Source: Paecilomyces variotii (Eukaryota). Taken from it: a DNA stretch of 64,000 bases. The notes under the pieces are model-generated. The model searched no databases. It was given only the letters and a program-made list of their open reading frames with translations, and was not told the DNA's origin. The DNA lies in the NCBI GenBank assembly GCA_004022145.1, contig RCNU01000013.1. The stretch is one strand, 5' to 3'. Positions 1-14,406 of this stretch are shown here, in pieces. The position numbers and the translations under genes were made by a program. Position 1 is the first letter of the stretch; each line of letters opens with the position of its first letter.

Positions 1-1169
1 TATCGGCGATGTCACCAACAGCAAAGAAGTTGGGGTATTTCTCATCCGAGAATTGCATCGTGGGTTTCACGCGGATATACCCATTCTGAGGATTAATTAT
101 GGAATCCGGTGCGGAGGCAGACAATCCCTTTACAAGCTCATTATTAGGACTCTGGCCCGTGGCCGGAATGACGAACCCTGCTGGGATCCCTGTTCCGTTT
201 GTGAGTTGGACTTGGAATGTGCTACCATCATTAGGGAAACCGTTTGATGGAATAACAACACGTGCACCTGTGATGAGTCTTTCCTCCCCCAAGAATGATA
301 AGTCAGCTATTTTTCCTAGGTTATAAAAACTCGGAATCTTGGACGTACCGGACTCCTAGCTCATCGAACCTCTTCTGGACGAGACTATGGAACTTTTCAT
401 GAAACTGTGGCATCACTCGCACCCGAGACTGCACCACAGTAACCTCCTTGTCGGGGTAATATTCTTTCAAATCCGTCGCCATCTGCACCCCTACGGCTCC
501 GCCTCCGGCGATGACGATTGACTTTGCTCGCTTGATCTCAGACTGGTACTGTCTCAAGTACTGAATAGAAGACTGTTTATCGTGAGAAGGCATGTTCCCC
601 GGTGGAGACAGCACTGTTCCGGTTGCGATAGCGAGATATTCGAAGGGAATCTCATTAGATCCCTGCCATTCGCGGTCGACCTCCACATGCTGAGGTTGCA
701 CTGAGAGGACGCGGGCCTGTACGACAGCATGTGCGGATGGATCGGGGGTAGCGGCGAAGAGGTTACTGTATGGAATGAAGGCTTTATGCTCATGATCTGG
801 GACAATTGAGAATCGAGGCTAGATTGGCCCTTCAATCAGTATCATGGACTGGGGGTTCCTGAACAACTGCAGAAGGAGGCTTACGAAAGCAAACAGGTGG
901 TTAAAGTGACTATGTGGCTCGATCAACAGCACCTGAATAACTCATTAGCATCATTCACAAGACATGAAATGCGGAAACATTGCCGACCCTGTGCGATTTC
1001 GGGATAATTCTCGCGAGTTCCTGAGCTGTAGCCTATATGACAATGTATCATCTCGTTAGCAACTGAATGCTATCCAAGCAAGCGCGGAATAATTCCGTCT
1101 ACGCGTCAAACTCACTCGTCCGACATAGGACCCTCCAACAACGACAATATTCTTAATCAAAGGTGTCAT
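1..1169 (-). CDS. AIF/AMID-like FAD-dependent pyridine nucleotide-disulfide oxidoreductase (multi-exon, 3' end runs off the window)
   Basis: Starts MTPLIKNIVVVGGSYVG (ATG 1169). Also has YLAIATGT, a second Rossmann motif IVIAGGGAVGVQMA, and FFAVGDIAD at the left edge. GT-AG introns link the pieces. Confidence 0.85.
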
Positions 1170-2537
1170 TTTCGTATATTCAAGAACAGTCGATATTTCT
1201 CTTAATCGTAAGCATGTAATGATACTCAGGAAAATGAACAAAACCGTCCCCTTTATACGCCCTAGGGTCATCGTTAAGACCGAGCTCCGCGGGTCATGGA
1301 CTGAACTGTAGTCTCGGAGATATCTTTTGCCACGATTCGACAGTCCCTCCCCATAGTTATCAGATTATCTGATAATTAATAACCTGGAACCACCGAGTCT
1401 CGTCTCAGATCTGTTTCTCGGCATTGTTGCATCTCCGAAGCCGGCGTTACTCAGCGAACCCTTCCCGTTGGTAAGTTAGCGGGAAGTGGCCACGGCAGAT
1501 TTAAGTATTGGGGGACATTGTTGCACGGGTGAATAGTTCACGGCCGAGTATACTGCAGACTCTATTGTATTCAATCGAAAATAGCGTCTTACTGTAAGTA
1601 GCTATAGATATTATATCTACTGAGTGAAATAATTCATCTATGCACCTTCGAAAGGCCCACTGAGTAGGGACTAAGGATCTCTCTCATACGTGCTATCTAT
1701 GTGGCGGCACACAAGCTCGGCTCGGAAGGACTTAATGGGATATCCGAGCCGAGATTAACTTCATACCATACTATCACCAGTTAACCCTCGTTGTGGGTAC
1801 AAGAATATGAGACACTTTTTTTGTCGGTTAATATAACTGGATCTCAGAAGTACTGCTGGTGAGACTGATACTAATATACTAACCTCAGACGAGGGTATCA
1901 CGCGTCTTTTCTTGGACGGTTCTTCGAATGCTCAACAACGAAACAATCGCGTATGGATTGAACAGAATCACCACTTTGGTCTTTCTACTAAGCTTTTCTG
2001 AAACGGACGCATGCTTTACTTTACAGGCCCGTAGGCCCAGCTCAATTGTCTGTATTGACTAATGGCCTAGCTAGTACAAGGCTAAGCTACCTCGAAGACA
2101 GCAAACAGCGCTCTATGTACAGATGGAGGATACCCACGCATTCCAAAACAGTCCCTGTCTTGCTATGTGACAGAAACTGTCATAAGCCAGCCGGGCGCAT
2201 CAGAAAATCCGGTTGTCCTCAACGTGACCTGTGGTGAATAATCGTTCACCTACCATCAGACCGCTATCTGGGAGGGGACATATGCGACCACTCTCGTAGT
2301 CGCGACCTTGATCAGGCCTGCCCGTCTCGGGGTCATGAAAAACTAGACTACTGTGTTAGAATCAAATCAGTCTGAATCGCCGGTCGATCCTAGAGGTGAA
2401 CCATAGATGGTTGAACTACATGCTGATGCTGGGAGCCTTCGAAGAGGGTACGAAGCTGGGAACACCTCGTGGGGGTAACTGCGTTGAAGGGGCAAGCCCC
2501 GAAGGGATGTAGCGGTTAGTCACAAAGGGACACCTGT

Positions 2538-4740
<2,203 letters not shown>

Positions 4741-5301
4741 ATTGCTTCCCTTGGACGCTCGCGTGTTCACTCAACTTAAGTGCTTGGGGATGGACGAGGG
4801 TATCAAGCCGTTGAAGACGAAGAGACTAAGAGACGAGGGAGAAACACCGAGATCAAAGAGAAACGAAAAAGGGAAGAAAACCAAGACAAAAAAGTACAAA
4901 GAGAAACACAAGTGAACGTATGGCGCGGAACAGAGTCCTTCGAACTTGAAGCGCTGGCGAGGCCTTGGAAGGAGGGAATCAATGAATGAAGGTTTATCAT
5001 CCAGCCATTCTCCTCCTCGCTCCGTTGATGACTAACCCCAGTTCCCGCCGCTGGAAGATCTGTGGTCACGTGGCGCTACATTTCTGCCAATCACTGGATG
5101 GAATGCCCTGAGGGTGACCAACACTACTACTCCGGGCGCTTATCACAACCCAGTTACTGGACAAAAAGTGAAGAACGAGTCCTTATTTTAGGAGACATGA
5201 AACGCTATACAGTGCAACTGATTGAGTGATGGAGTTTCATGTTCGCGTTCCTCTGCTCTGACTACCCTGTAACCCTGCCTATCCGGCGACTTCAGACAGC
5301 T

Positions 5302-6662
5302 TCAGCATTCAAAGAACTTGGCCAATTTCTCATCGAGCCATTTAACGTCATCTTTGCTATCTCCAGGCCCTCCCGCCCAGTCTATGTGCAGATGTGAGCA
5401 GATATGAGCTTTTGTAATCACGACTAGTTGGTGGAAACACTTACGACCCCATATCGACGGAAAGACGTCTAGCTGGCCTATCCCGTCTTTCATGCATTGA
5501 ACCTCATACTCGGAATCTTCAGGCCTGCCGGAAGTCAGTACAGCTAATATGTGAGCGACGAGTCTGCTAAACGTACGGGAAATACAGATCTGTCTTCCCT
5601 GGAAGAACTAAGGTCTTTGCTTTGATTGAAGCCAGAGCTTTCTCAAAATCTCCATTATACGGCTCCTGTTTCGAGACATCGCCATTCTGCCAAGTTTGGA
5701 GCATCACCAGCAAGTTATCAGGATCTATATTCATGGGTCAGCGGAACCTACGTCGATCATCTCCTTATCAGCCATGTCTCACCTTTCGAGCAAGCCCACT
5801 TCTCCCAGAAGTTGACCATGAAATCCTCAAGCGACTTGTATCCAAGAACGTTTTCATATACTTTCTCTCTGTAGAAAGCTTGACTGAATCCCCTATTTAC
5901 TCTTTGTCAGCCTCTCATTGATCGTAGACTACATACCAAGCGCATATCTCACCATCCAGCATATCCTCTTCCAAAGGCCTTGAGCCCAATGTCTTTCTCC
6001 TCGGGTGTCCACTCCCTATACGCAACCCCATCAACAACTACAGCGCCCTCCCCCGAACCTGCAGAAGGGATCTTTTTCGCCGCGAGAAGAGCGCTCTTAA
6101 CACCTTCCAGGAAGACTTGATTATGCAAAGAAGTCCTCGCGGAGCCGCAGAATGGTACCACCAGATCCATGAAATCAGGATACTGCGTCGCCCATTGGAA
6201 ACTCTGCGCGGCTCCCATCGACCAACCGACAACTGCACGCAGGTGCTTAATTCCTAGGTGCTTCGTCACGAGCTCATACTGAGCCCGGACGTTATCGTAG
6301 AAAGAACACCTCGGAAACGGCTTAGCCGTAGGGTGATTTGACGGAGAAGACGATTGACCGTTCCCGAACAGTGCCGGTATGATAATGAAATACTTAGTCG
6401 GATTCAAAGTCTTATCCTCTCCTATCAACCAGATATTATCGGAGATAGCTTCAATCGTAGAGTACCTATCTATCAGCACCTTAATCAACCTATCCGCGGG
6501 GTCAGAATGCTTACATCCGGAGAACCACGTCGGATACACAATCGCAGGATTCTTTGGGTCTCCAAAGGTCTTGTAAGCGATATGAGCGGCTTCGATCTTT
6601 TCACCGCTCTGCAGGTCCCAGTCTCCTAGCTTGAAGACCTCATATTCGGCATTGCCCGTCAT
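5302..6662 (-). CDS. Homoserine O-acetyltransferase-like alpha/beta hydrolase
   Basis: Nucleophile elbow VVGWSMGA, plus FGNGQSSSPSN, DLYFP and a C-terminal WG|HWAGGP; several GT-AG introns. Confidence 0.85.
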
Positions 6663-7899
6663 TGTGCCGTTTCCTAATCAAAGGTTCTGGCTTTCGATAT
6701 ATTTCGTTTGCGGGTAACAACTCGAACTTGGATCTGAAAGTGATTCTCTGTAAGAACAGCGACAAAAAGACTCTCTTCGGGTAGTTTCATCGCGTGCTTA
6801 GAGAGTCGGGCGATAGGATACAACGCCCCAATTTCCTGATAAGACACCTTCCCCGCATTTGCAGTGCCGCGTCCGTCGTATTTAGTCAGAGATACTGGTT
6901 TAGTTACGTAGTTTTTTCCGATTCCTACAGCGCCTATGCGAAGACACTATTATTTTTTTTGTTGTATATTGAGAGTTTTCTATAAGAGCACTCCTTCCAA
7001 AGAGTTCTTGTTAACCAGAGCTCCTATGATCTAAATAATATCTTCGCGCTGACCGCGGCGGATTGAAGATAAGCTCCCAGATCCCCACTCTCAGGGGGAT
7101 GCAGCGCTTATCCCCGGAGGCGACTGCATGTAAGCTGAGACCAAAAGAAACAACATGGAGCAGCTGCATAACTAGATTATCACTATTATTTCGCCATCGC
7201 ATAATTAGGATCCGCATCCATGGATGCAATAGAATAAATAAAGAATCACGAGGTAGGTCTATCGTGGGACCTACCCCCATAGTATTGAAAAATGGGTCGG
7301 ACAAAATATTCGACTGTTGCTCAGCGAAAGTATCACAGTGACACGCGGAGAAAGTCCGCATAACATCTTGCGTGGGAGTGAGGGACAAGAACCACGTATA
7401 CAACGCCCGCAGGATCGGCAGCCGTGGTGGTATTCCGAGTTAGGTAACCCGAGGTGGCATCGGCCCGTGGTCCACAGATCGGTAGATTAATAGTGTATCT
7501 CCAGCCCTTTTGCTCTCGGTATGAATCCGTATGATGTCACGAATATCGTGGGAATTGGACGGTTATGCGTTTCTTTTCCCGTGGCATCAAGCCGTGCCGT
7601 ACGTACCTGGGGCCCTCCACAATATGCGGACTATGCGGAGTTTCGGTTTTCGTTGGCTTGGGAAGTAAATGAGAGAGTGTTCTTGCATTAAGTATTTCAC
7701 TATGGAGTAGCCTGCCAGATTGACCACGATCCCTTCATCTGCTGCGATCGGGACGCGGTCCAACTTTGAGGAGATTCAAGCCTCACGACCGGACTTCAAT
7801 CTCAATCGGGATGCACCTACGTTCAACAACCCAAGCAGGACTGGAAGCAGGGTGACGGTCCAAACGACGGAGGAGAGTATCTGAAAAAGGACCATGCTC

Positions 7900-8760
7900 T
7901 GGTTCCTTTTCAGCATTCTTCTTTTCTTGGATGGTCTCCGGTTTCCAAATATCACAGGGTCCCTTTTTATTATATGAAACGCACCCCCAAAATATAAAGT
8001 CACAAGGTCCAGTCCAGCACCGTCGTGTACAAGTTGGATTATAAGCTTCATCTGCTTTATGCCAGACCCTAATTGCCCCGCAGCGCTGATCCAAACCAGC
8101 AAATGTTTCATCGTTCCATATGACGTTTTTCCACTCCTCAAGTTTCCAACATCGATAGTTAAAGCTTGTATCTTGAAAATCCATCCTCGCGAAGAATTCA
8201 AGAGGCAGACGCATGGGAGATACCAGCTTCAGATACAAGAATCTCCGCGGATTTTTCGCTCCCAGCTCGATCCTTTTGAACTGAGTCCAAGATGGCTTTT
8301 TTGGTGACCTCTGTAGTGCTTCTTGGTCGTCCAGAACGGGGAGCATCGATCACATATTCGTCCTTAATAATAGGATCCTCCTCTGGCCGATAGCCGCGTT
8401 GAAAGGCTCGCTTCTTAATATCTTTTTGTGTGCTAGGAGGTATGCCTGTGAGCTTTTGTATATCTTCAGGTCTGTATCCTACTAGGAGTAAGGTAAGAGC
8501 TTGAACTCGAGCGGCAGTTTGATGAACAGGCATTTTAGATCGGTATCGCTTCGGGGTTGCTGGCACAATCGCTGGCACGGTGGTGTTTGCAGTCAGGAAG
8601 GTCTAGGATATAGACAGAATAGAATATTGATTTAGATAGCTTCATATTTGATGAAATAGTGAAAATAGCGGTGAAGTAGTAAGTAGTTAAACGAAGTAGG
8701 AGTTGTAATCGAAATACAACGCTAGCGGTGCCGATCAACGAGAATTTCGACACGCTGCTC
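7900..8760 (-). mobile_element. Degenerate, 3'-truncated Tc1/mariner-superfamily transposon (transposase relic)
   Basis: HTH-type N-terminus with DAPRSGRPR. After frameshifts, WKNVIWNDET (first catalytic Asp) and FIFWGCVSYNKKGPC follow. The sequence breaks near 7900 before the remaining D/E. No partner TIR found. Confidence 0.8.
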
Positions 8761-9118
8761 TGTAGTTACCTACTGTCCAGTGTCAAGTCATCAACAATGA
8801 TCCCCCGGCTTTATGCCATTGGATTCATCGGCTCTTTAGAGCAAATAAAGGGCACTGTGAGAAATATTCATGTCATCAACATGGTCTCAGAGGATTCCGT
8901 GGAGGCAGCCAACGCTTCTGTATGGTGTGTCAGGACGGGAGGTAACTATCCGGTCTTTTCTGGGTGCGCGGGGACGACATCAATGAGAGCAAGGACATTG
9001 TTAACCTGGATGTCCTCAAACCGACATTCGTTCAGGTGGAACTGCATATGGGCGAAATATCGTGATACATACCAAAAGCCTAGCTTCTGGATTTTATGAG
9101 GGTTTGCCTGTGTACTCT

Positions 9119-9162
9119 GTATATATATATATGTCTGTCTCTCTCTCTCTCTCTTTCTCTTC
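9119..9162. repeat. Compound (TA)n/(CT)n microsatellite
   Basis: gtatatatatatatgtctgtctctctctctctctctttctct read directly. Confidence 0.9.
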
Positions 9163-9955
9163 TGTACAAAAGACTAAAACCCGAGAGAGCCCAGCCCCGT
9201 CGAATGGAAACAATTAAATGGAGAACCATTCGAATCGGGACTTTCTGCCCGCTTCTTCAAGAGCATTGTCAATCTAGTTAGGAACTCTAACTACACTTAC
9301 CCCGCTGGTCTAGGCCAGTTCTCCACCGCAAGTCATGGCCCCGTCGCCGTTCCAACGGATCTTAGGCGTTAGCGAAGGGCCAACGATCCACACGGCTGGG
9401 GTAGATAGAAGATATCATCTTCGAATGCGCGCACACGATAATAGGGTTCCTAGGCATGGGCTAGACGTGCAGATCTTGGGAAGACTGTTCGCAATATCCT
9501 CCTCCCCGAGCCAAGAGAGCCTGCAGGGACGGAGGTAACACCGTGGCGCGGGAAACGTTCTGGAAGGGAACAAGCCGTTGCTTATTTGTAGGAATGGGCT
9601 AACCAGAAGCCGGGATGGTCGCTGGTGGGCGTCAACCCGATGGCGTGGGCTAGAAGGTCGTCAAAGCGTGCGAGTGACCAGCAAAAAGTCGATAGGGTGT
9701 CTTGGCTGCGAACTGCCATCATCATCTACCCCAGACACTCTTCTCCTTCTACCAAGCCAAATCTCGTCACTTGCGCTGCGACAAGGCCCATGGATTTTGT
9801 GTCGTCTCTACTGCTGAAACTTTCCTGGATTCGCTCCATCTCAGGCTTGCTATTGCCTACCTTGACCATTGGCCCCTTGGGTTAAGAGGTTTCAATACCT
9901 ACTTACAGGGGACCGCCCATGTGCCGCGGGCACCGATGACCACATCCCGCTCGCA

Positions 9956-12900
9956 ATGAGCCCGCCTTCCCCCGCGAAGAAGAACGGCAGCAACAATATC
10001 TCCCAACCCAGGCAGATTCGCTTCGTTTCAACAGATGGACAGCCGCAGACAAAGCGGCGCAGAGTGACGGCGGCGTAAGTCATGTCGCGACCAGGCTCAC
10101 TGCCGCCATACCCTCGTGTTTGTATGTACTAACATAGTCCCGCGGATTCGCACAGATGTCGAACGTGTCGCAAGCGCAAGATCAGGTGCTCTGGTGAGCA
10201 GCCAGGTATTCTCTTTTTACCTTGACAATCCCCACGAGGCAGACAAGACCTGACAATATACCCAAGTGTGCAAGACGTGCTCGGATTATGGCCATACCTG
10301 CCTGGGATACAACGACCCTCCGTCGCAGCCCCCCGCCGACATCACTTCCCAAAGCGCGGCACCAGCAAGCCATCCAGAGAACACGAAAACCCGTCCTCGA
10401 GCTCTAAGTGATTCCCCTAGTGCGCTCAAACCAAGTGCACAGTCGAGTGGCCAGGATAAACCACCTACTCTCCCGGAGGCTGCGGAGTCCAAGTCGGTTC
10501 CCTTGACAAAAGAGGTCCTCCCTTCCACCAGTAAGGACCAGAATCAACCAGGAAGAGAAAGTCCTGAGAGCAGTCAGTGCACCTCTTTTCTTGACCGTTA
10601 TCAGCCTTGCGCCGCGGTGCTAATATATTTTCCTTTGAAGCTGCAGATCGCACGTCAATAAGCTCAAGCAATCGTACCCATGTGCCCTATTTCAGGTACT
10701 TTGGCCCTACGGCCATTGTGCCAGGGTTCAAGCAAATGGTTAGACACGAGCTCCTCAAAGAATACAGTGTGGTAGACCCCGTTGTGCTGACCGAGTGGTC
10801 AGGTGGTTCGTGTTCGCGAGTCTCGCAAGAGTAACCCTTCCATGTCATCGGGTAAGTAAAAGGAAACCTCCAAAAAGCCCCTACAATTCTGAGCATTTGA
10901 CCAACATGTGTGGTAAAACATATAGACTCGGTTTCGCCCTTAGTGGGTTCAAATCTTGATGCGCCAGACGCCTCATTAGCTGCGGCACTTGCCGACATTC
11001 GCGATTCGAACACTATTCCATTCTATGATCGCGACGACAATCTGCCAGTTAGCAACCTCGTCATACACCTTTGCGAGCTGTTCTTTGTGCATCTGGGTTG
11101 CAGCTTCCAGTTCCTTCAGCGGGATAGGTTCCTGCGAGATCTCAAGGAAAAGAAGATCGATACCATCCTCGTGGACGCGGTTTGTGCTCTAGCGGCGAGA
11201 TTCTCTCCGCATCCCTTGTTGAGTCCCCCACGAGCGCGATCGATCGATGGAGCAGAGCCTGAGAATGACGTCAAGAAGTCAGATCATGGCCAGGCTTTTG
11301 CTCATAGAGCAATGATGGCTTTGGTCGATGCGCTGTCATGCCCTACTCTCTCCGTCGTGCAGGCGTGTCTCTTGTTGGCTTACGAGGAATTTGGTTCAAA
11401 TCGCGATAGTGGTCTTTGGATGTACCTTGGTATATCGATTCGGATGGCACAGGATCTAGGGTTACAGAAGCTACAGGGGCTAAAGTACAAATACGGACGA
11501 ACAGGGTTGACCCCCAAAGCTATCAAGACCGGACAAGCAGGGAAACTTAGTGAGGAACAATATGACTGTCCCGATCCTCCCGAGAAACGCCAGGAGCAAG
11601 ATCCCGCGACAGCCGATGAGCGTGCAAGGGAACGGGAAAGAGTGGATACCTTTTGGAGTATTTTCTTCCTGGACCGAGTTATCTCGTCAGGGACTGGCAG
11701 GCCGGTAACGCTACGGGATGAAGACATTGAGCTATACTTTCCCTTACAGTCAGACTGCGTGCTCCCGAATGGCTGGCCGGCCCCCTTCCCGCCATTGATG
11801 CGCATAATACATCTTTATGGAAGAGTAACCGACTTGATCAATGCCATAGAGGAGGTCAACCACGTCACGCCAGACACGCTGAAGCGTCTGGCTGGTATGG
11901 AAAGTGACCTCACAGGTGAGTAATATGATCATGGCTCCCTTCACGAGATAGCGGCTATCTGACGCGTTATAGGTATCTATCAACGCCTATCCCCAAGACT
12001 TCATTTTAACGCGGTCAATTTCCAAACTTATGTTCGAGCTGAAGAGGGTACTAATTTTATTTTGCTTCATTTCGTAAGATGATTATCCCTCAACCTGCCC
12101 CGGGGTTCCCTGACTGACCTTGAGAGCAGTGGTTTCACACGTTGATTGTGCTATTACATCAACCGACTCTCCTAAGTTCTTTTGGAGGGCGAATACAACA
12201 GCTATATCCGAATAGCCGTGAGCTATCGATGTCGTCGGCGAAGACAATAGCGGATATTCTGTCTTTTTCCGAACTGATCGACGCAAAAAGCTTCATAGGC
12301 AATCCTTTCACCAGCCAGCCCATGTACATCGCCGCATGTGCCTTCCTCATGGAGAGTTCATATTATTCATCTCCAACATCTAAATCTGGATCGTCACCTG
12401 TACAGCCGCTGTTGGCCAACCAAACTGCCAGCTTCCTCACACCCGGTATCGAGATTCCAAACGGACCAGAGCGGAGACTGAATCCTAAACACAGTTTATT
12501 GGCCTCCGCAGCAAAAGAAAACTACCAGAGATGTTACAAGGCTCTCAAATCCTTGGAGACTTACTGGGAAGGCACCAGGTATATTTTGACCGTGTTGGAT
12601 CAGAAAGCGAAAGGAATAGGCGACCCTCAACTGTACACGGCTGAAGAGATGGATGGTGCCGGTGATATACTCTCACTCGCCCCAAGCGGTTGGCGAAAAG
12701 CGGCTACGCGCCAGAGCTCGATAGAGCCACCTGCGAGGCAAGGGTATTATCCTTCTGCTTCTGGGCAGGAACTTGACGGCACGTCGGAAACGGCAGGGTC
12801 GCCTAGATTCGATCCTAGCCAAGGTAGGCAATGTGTTCTCTCGGATTTCTCTGGATTTCACTAACGTCGTGTCACAGCTATCGGATGGGCACTGACTGGC

Positions 12901-13605
12901 GCGACTAATTCTTCGCAACCGAATCTGAGCTTACTTTATCAAATGCCAAGCGCCCAAGCAAATACGCTTTCAGCACAGGCAAACTACGGTCCTCAGTACA
13001 GCCATAGCTACCCAACTGTCTCGCTTGAAGCGCAAGTTCCACAGAACAGCAGCCGTCTGCATGCTGACAGCCTTCCTGCATATCCATCAACAAATCTACC
13101 ACACTCGTCTGCTTTACCTGCAAAGGACCGGAAGTACCCTTCTCACACCACAGGAGGCGTAAATATATCAGACGCTGACTTGCTTCTCGGCTTGAACACA
13201 CCCTATACCCCTTCTCATTCTCGTGTCGCACGAAATCTGCCCGCAACATACAGTCAGAATCTTGAGGCCCCGACAGTGGGCGTCTCATCATCCTATCACT
13301 ACGCTCCCGCATCTGGGTCCGAAGGCGCCGACCACGACCCCCCAAACTGTAATGCTAATGACCATGTTAGTCCCGGTGCAAGCGCACAAATCGGCGATAT
13401 GATGATTGGAACTCAGGACATCGACATGAATACCCTGCAGAATCAGGAGGCATTCCCGTTTGCGTTCAATGGCGAACTTCTCCCATGGCTGGAGTACCTT
13501 CCGCAGGATGTGCTCAGCTATTTCGGGGATCATCAGACTTACAGTCCTCTGATGAGTCCCCAAGATAACGCTAATATTCCCAATCAGCGTCCTCCACAGC
13601 GCTGA
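9956..13605 (+). CDS. Zn(II)2Cys6 transcription factor with fungal-specific TF middle domain
   Basis: Spliced cluster CRTCRKRKIRCSGEQPVCKTCSDYGHTC (Cx2Cx6Cx6Cx2Cx6C). Middle domain has WMYLGISIRMAQDLGL and TFWSIFFLDRVISSGTGRP. The start codon is uncertain. Confidence 0.92.
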
Positions 13606-14406
13606 CCCAGTCCGTTAAGTTTCTGTATGAAAATTCGATCTTATTGTTTCTACACGGGAGCTTTGGATGATGATATGTCATTTTGCAAGCAGGCGAGCAT
13701 CTTCCCGGGCGTCTGGTGGGTTCTGAAGTCCAGTGTTGTGGATGGAATACATAGGACTAGTCTACGCTCTACTTCTTTTTCTTTATCTGGGGAACATATG
13801 TGTCATGAAGCAAGCGATGAGAGACGTCTACATTTGGGGCTTTATAAAAACATGTTGCATTTGATTGATATTTTTTCTTATACTTCAAGGGCCAGCAATA
13901 GATGTATAGAATGTCTTGGCCAAACATGAGCAGCAAAAGCCCACCTATCTTATTAGCTATTTTGGTCGTCTATATTAGAGGATACTACGCGCATACTAAT
14001 TTATATATATTGTAATACATACATTGGGCGCGAAAGATCACCACTGCAGCAACCGAGGGGAGATGAGAAAGGCGGTGAGAGGCTGCATGGTGGCAGCGGT
14101 TGCCCTGCACAACGGATGAGGATAAACATCATCAGATAACATGTGTAGCAACCTCATCATCATATTATTGTGATAACACGACGCTTTCTGTTGTTGCATT
14201 CACCTCAGGTTTTACATTATATAAATTTCTGCTTCTCAATCTCAGAACTAGTTATATTCACAGTATCAGGTACTGGCACGCTGCGTGGATCCCTCTGGCA
14301 TTTTGCCGTGCTGGGGCCCCACACTCTCCGGCTGTGAGCATATTGCTTCAAAGCAATATCATTATCGGTCGAAATAGACGAGGAATATTGTTGAGATAGA
14401 TCTCAA

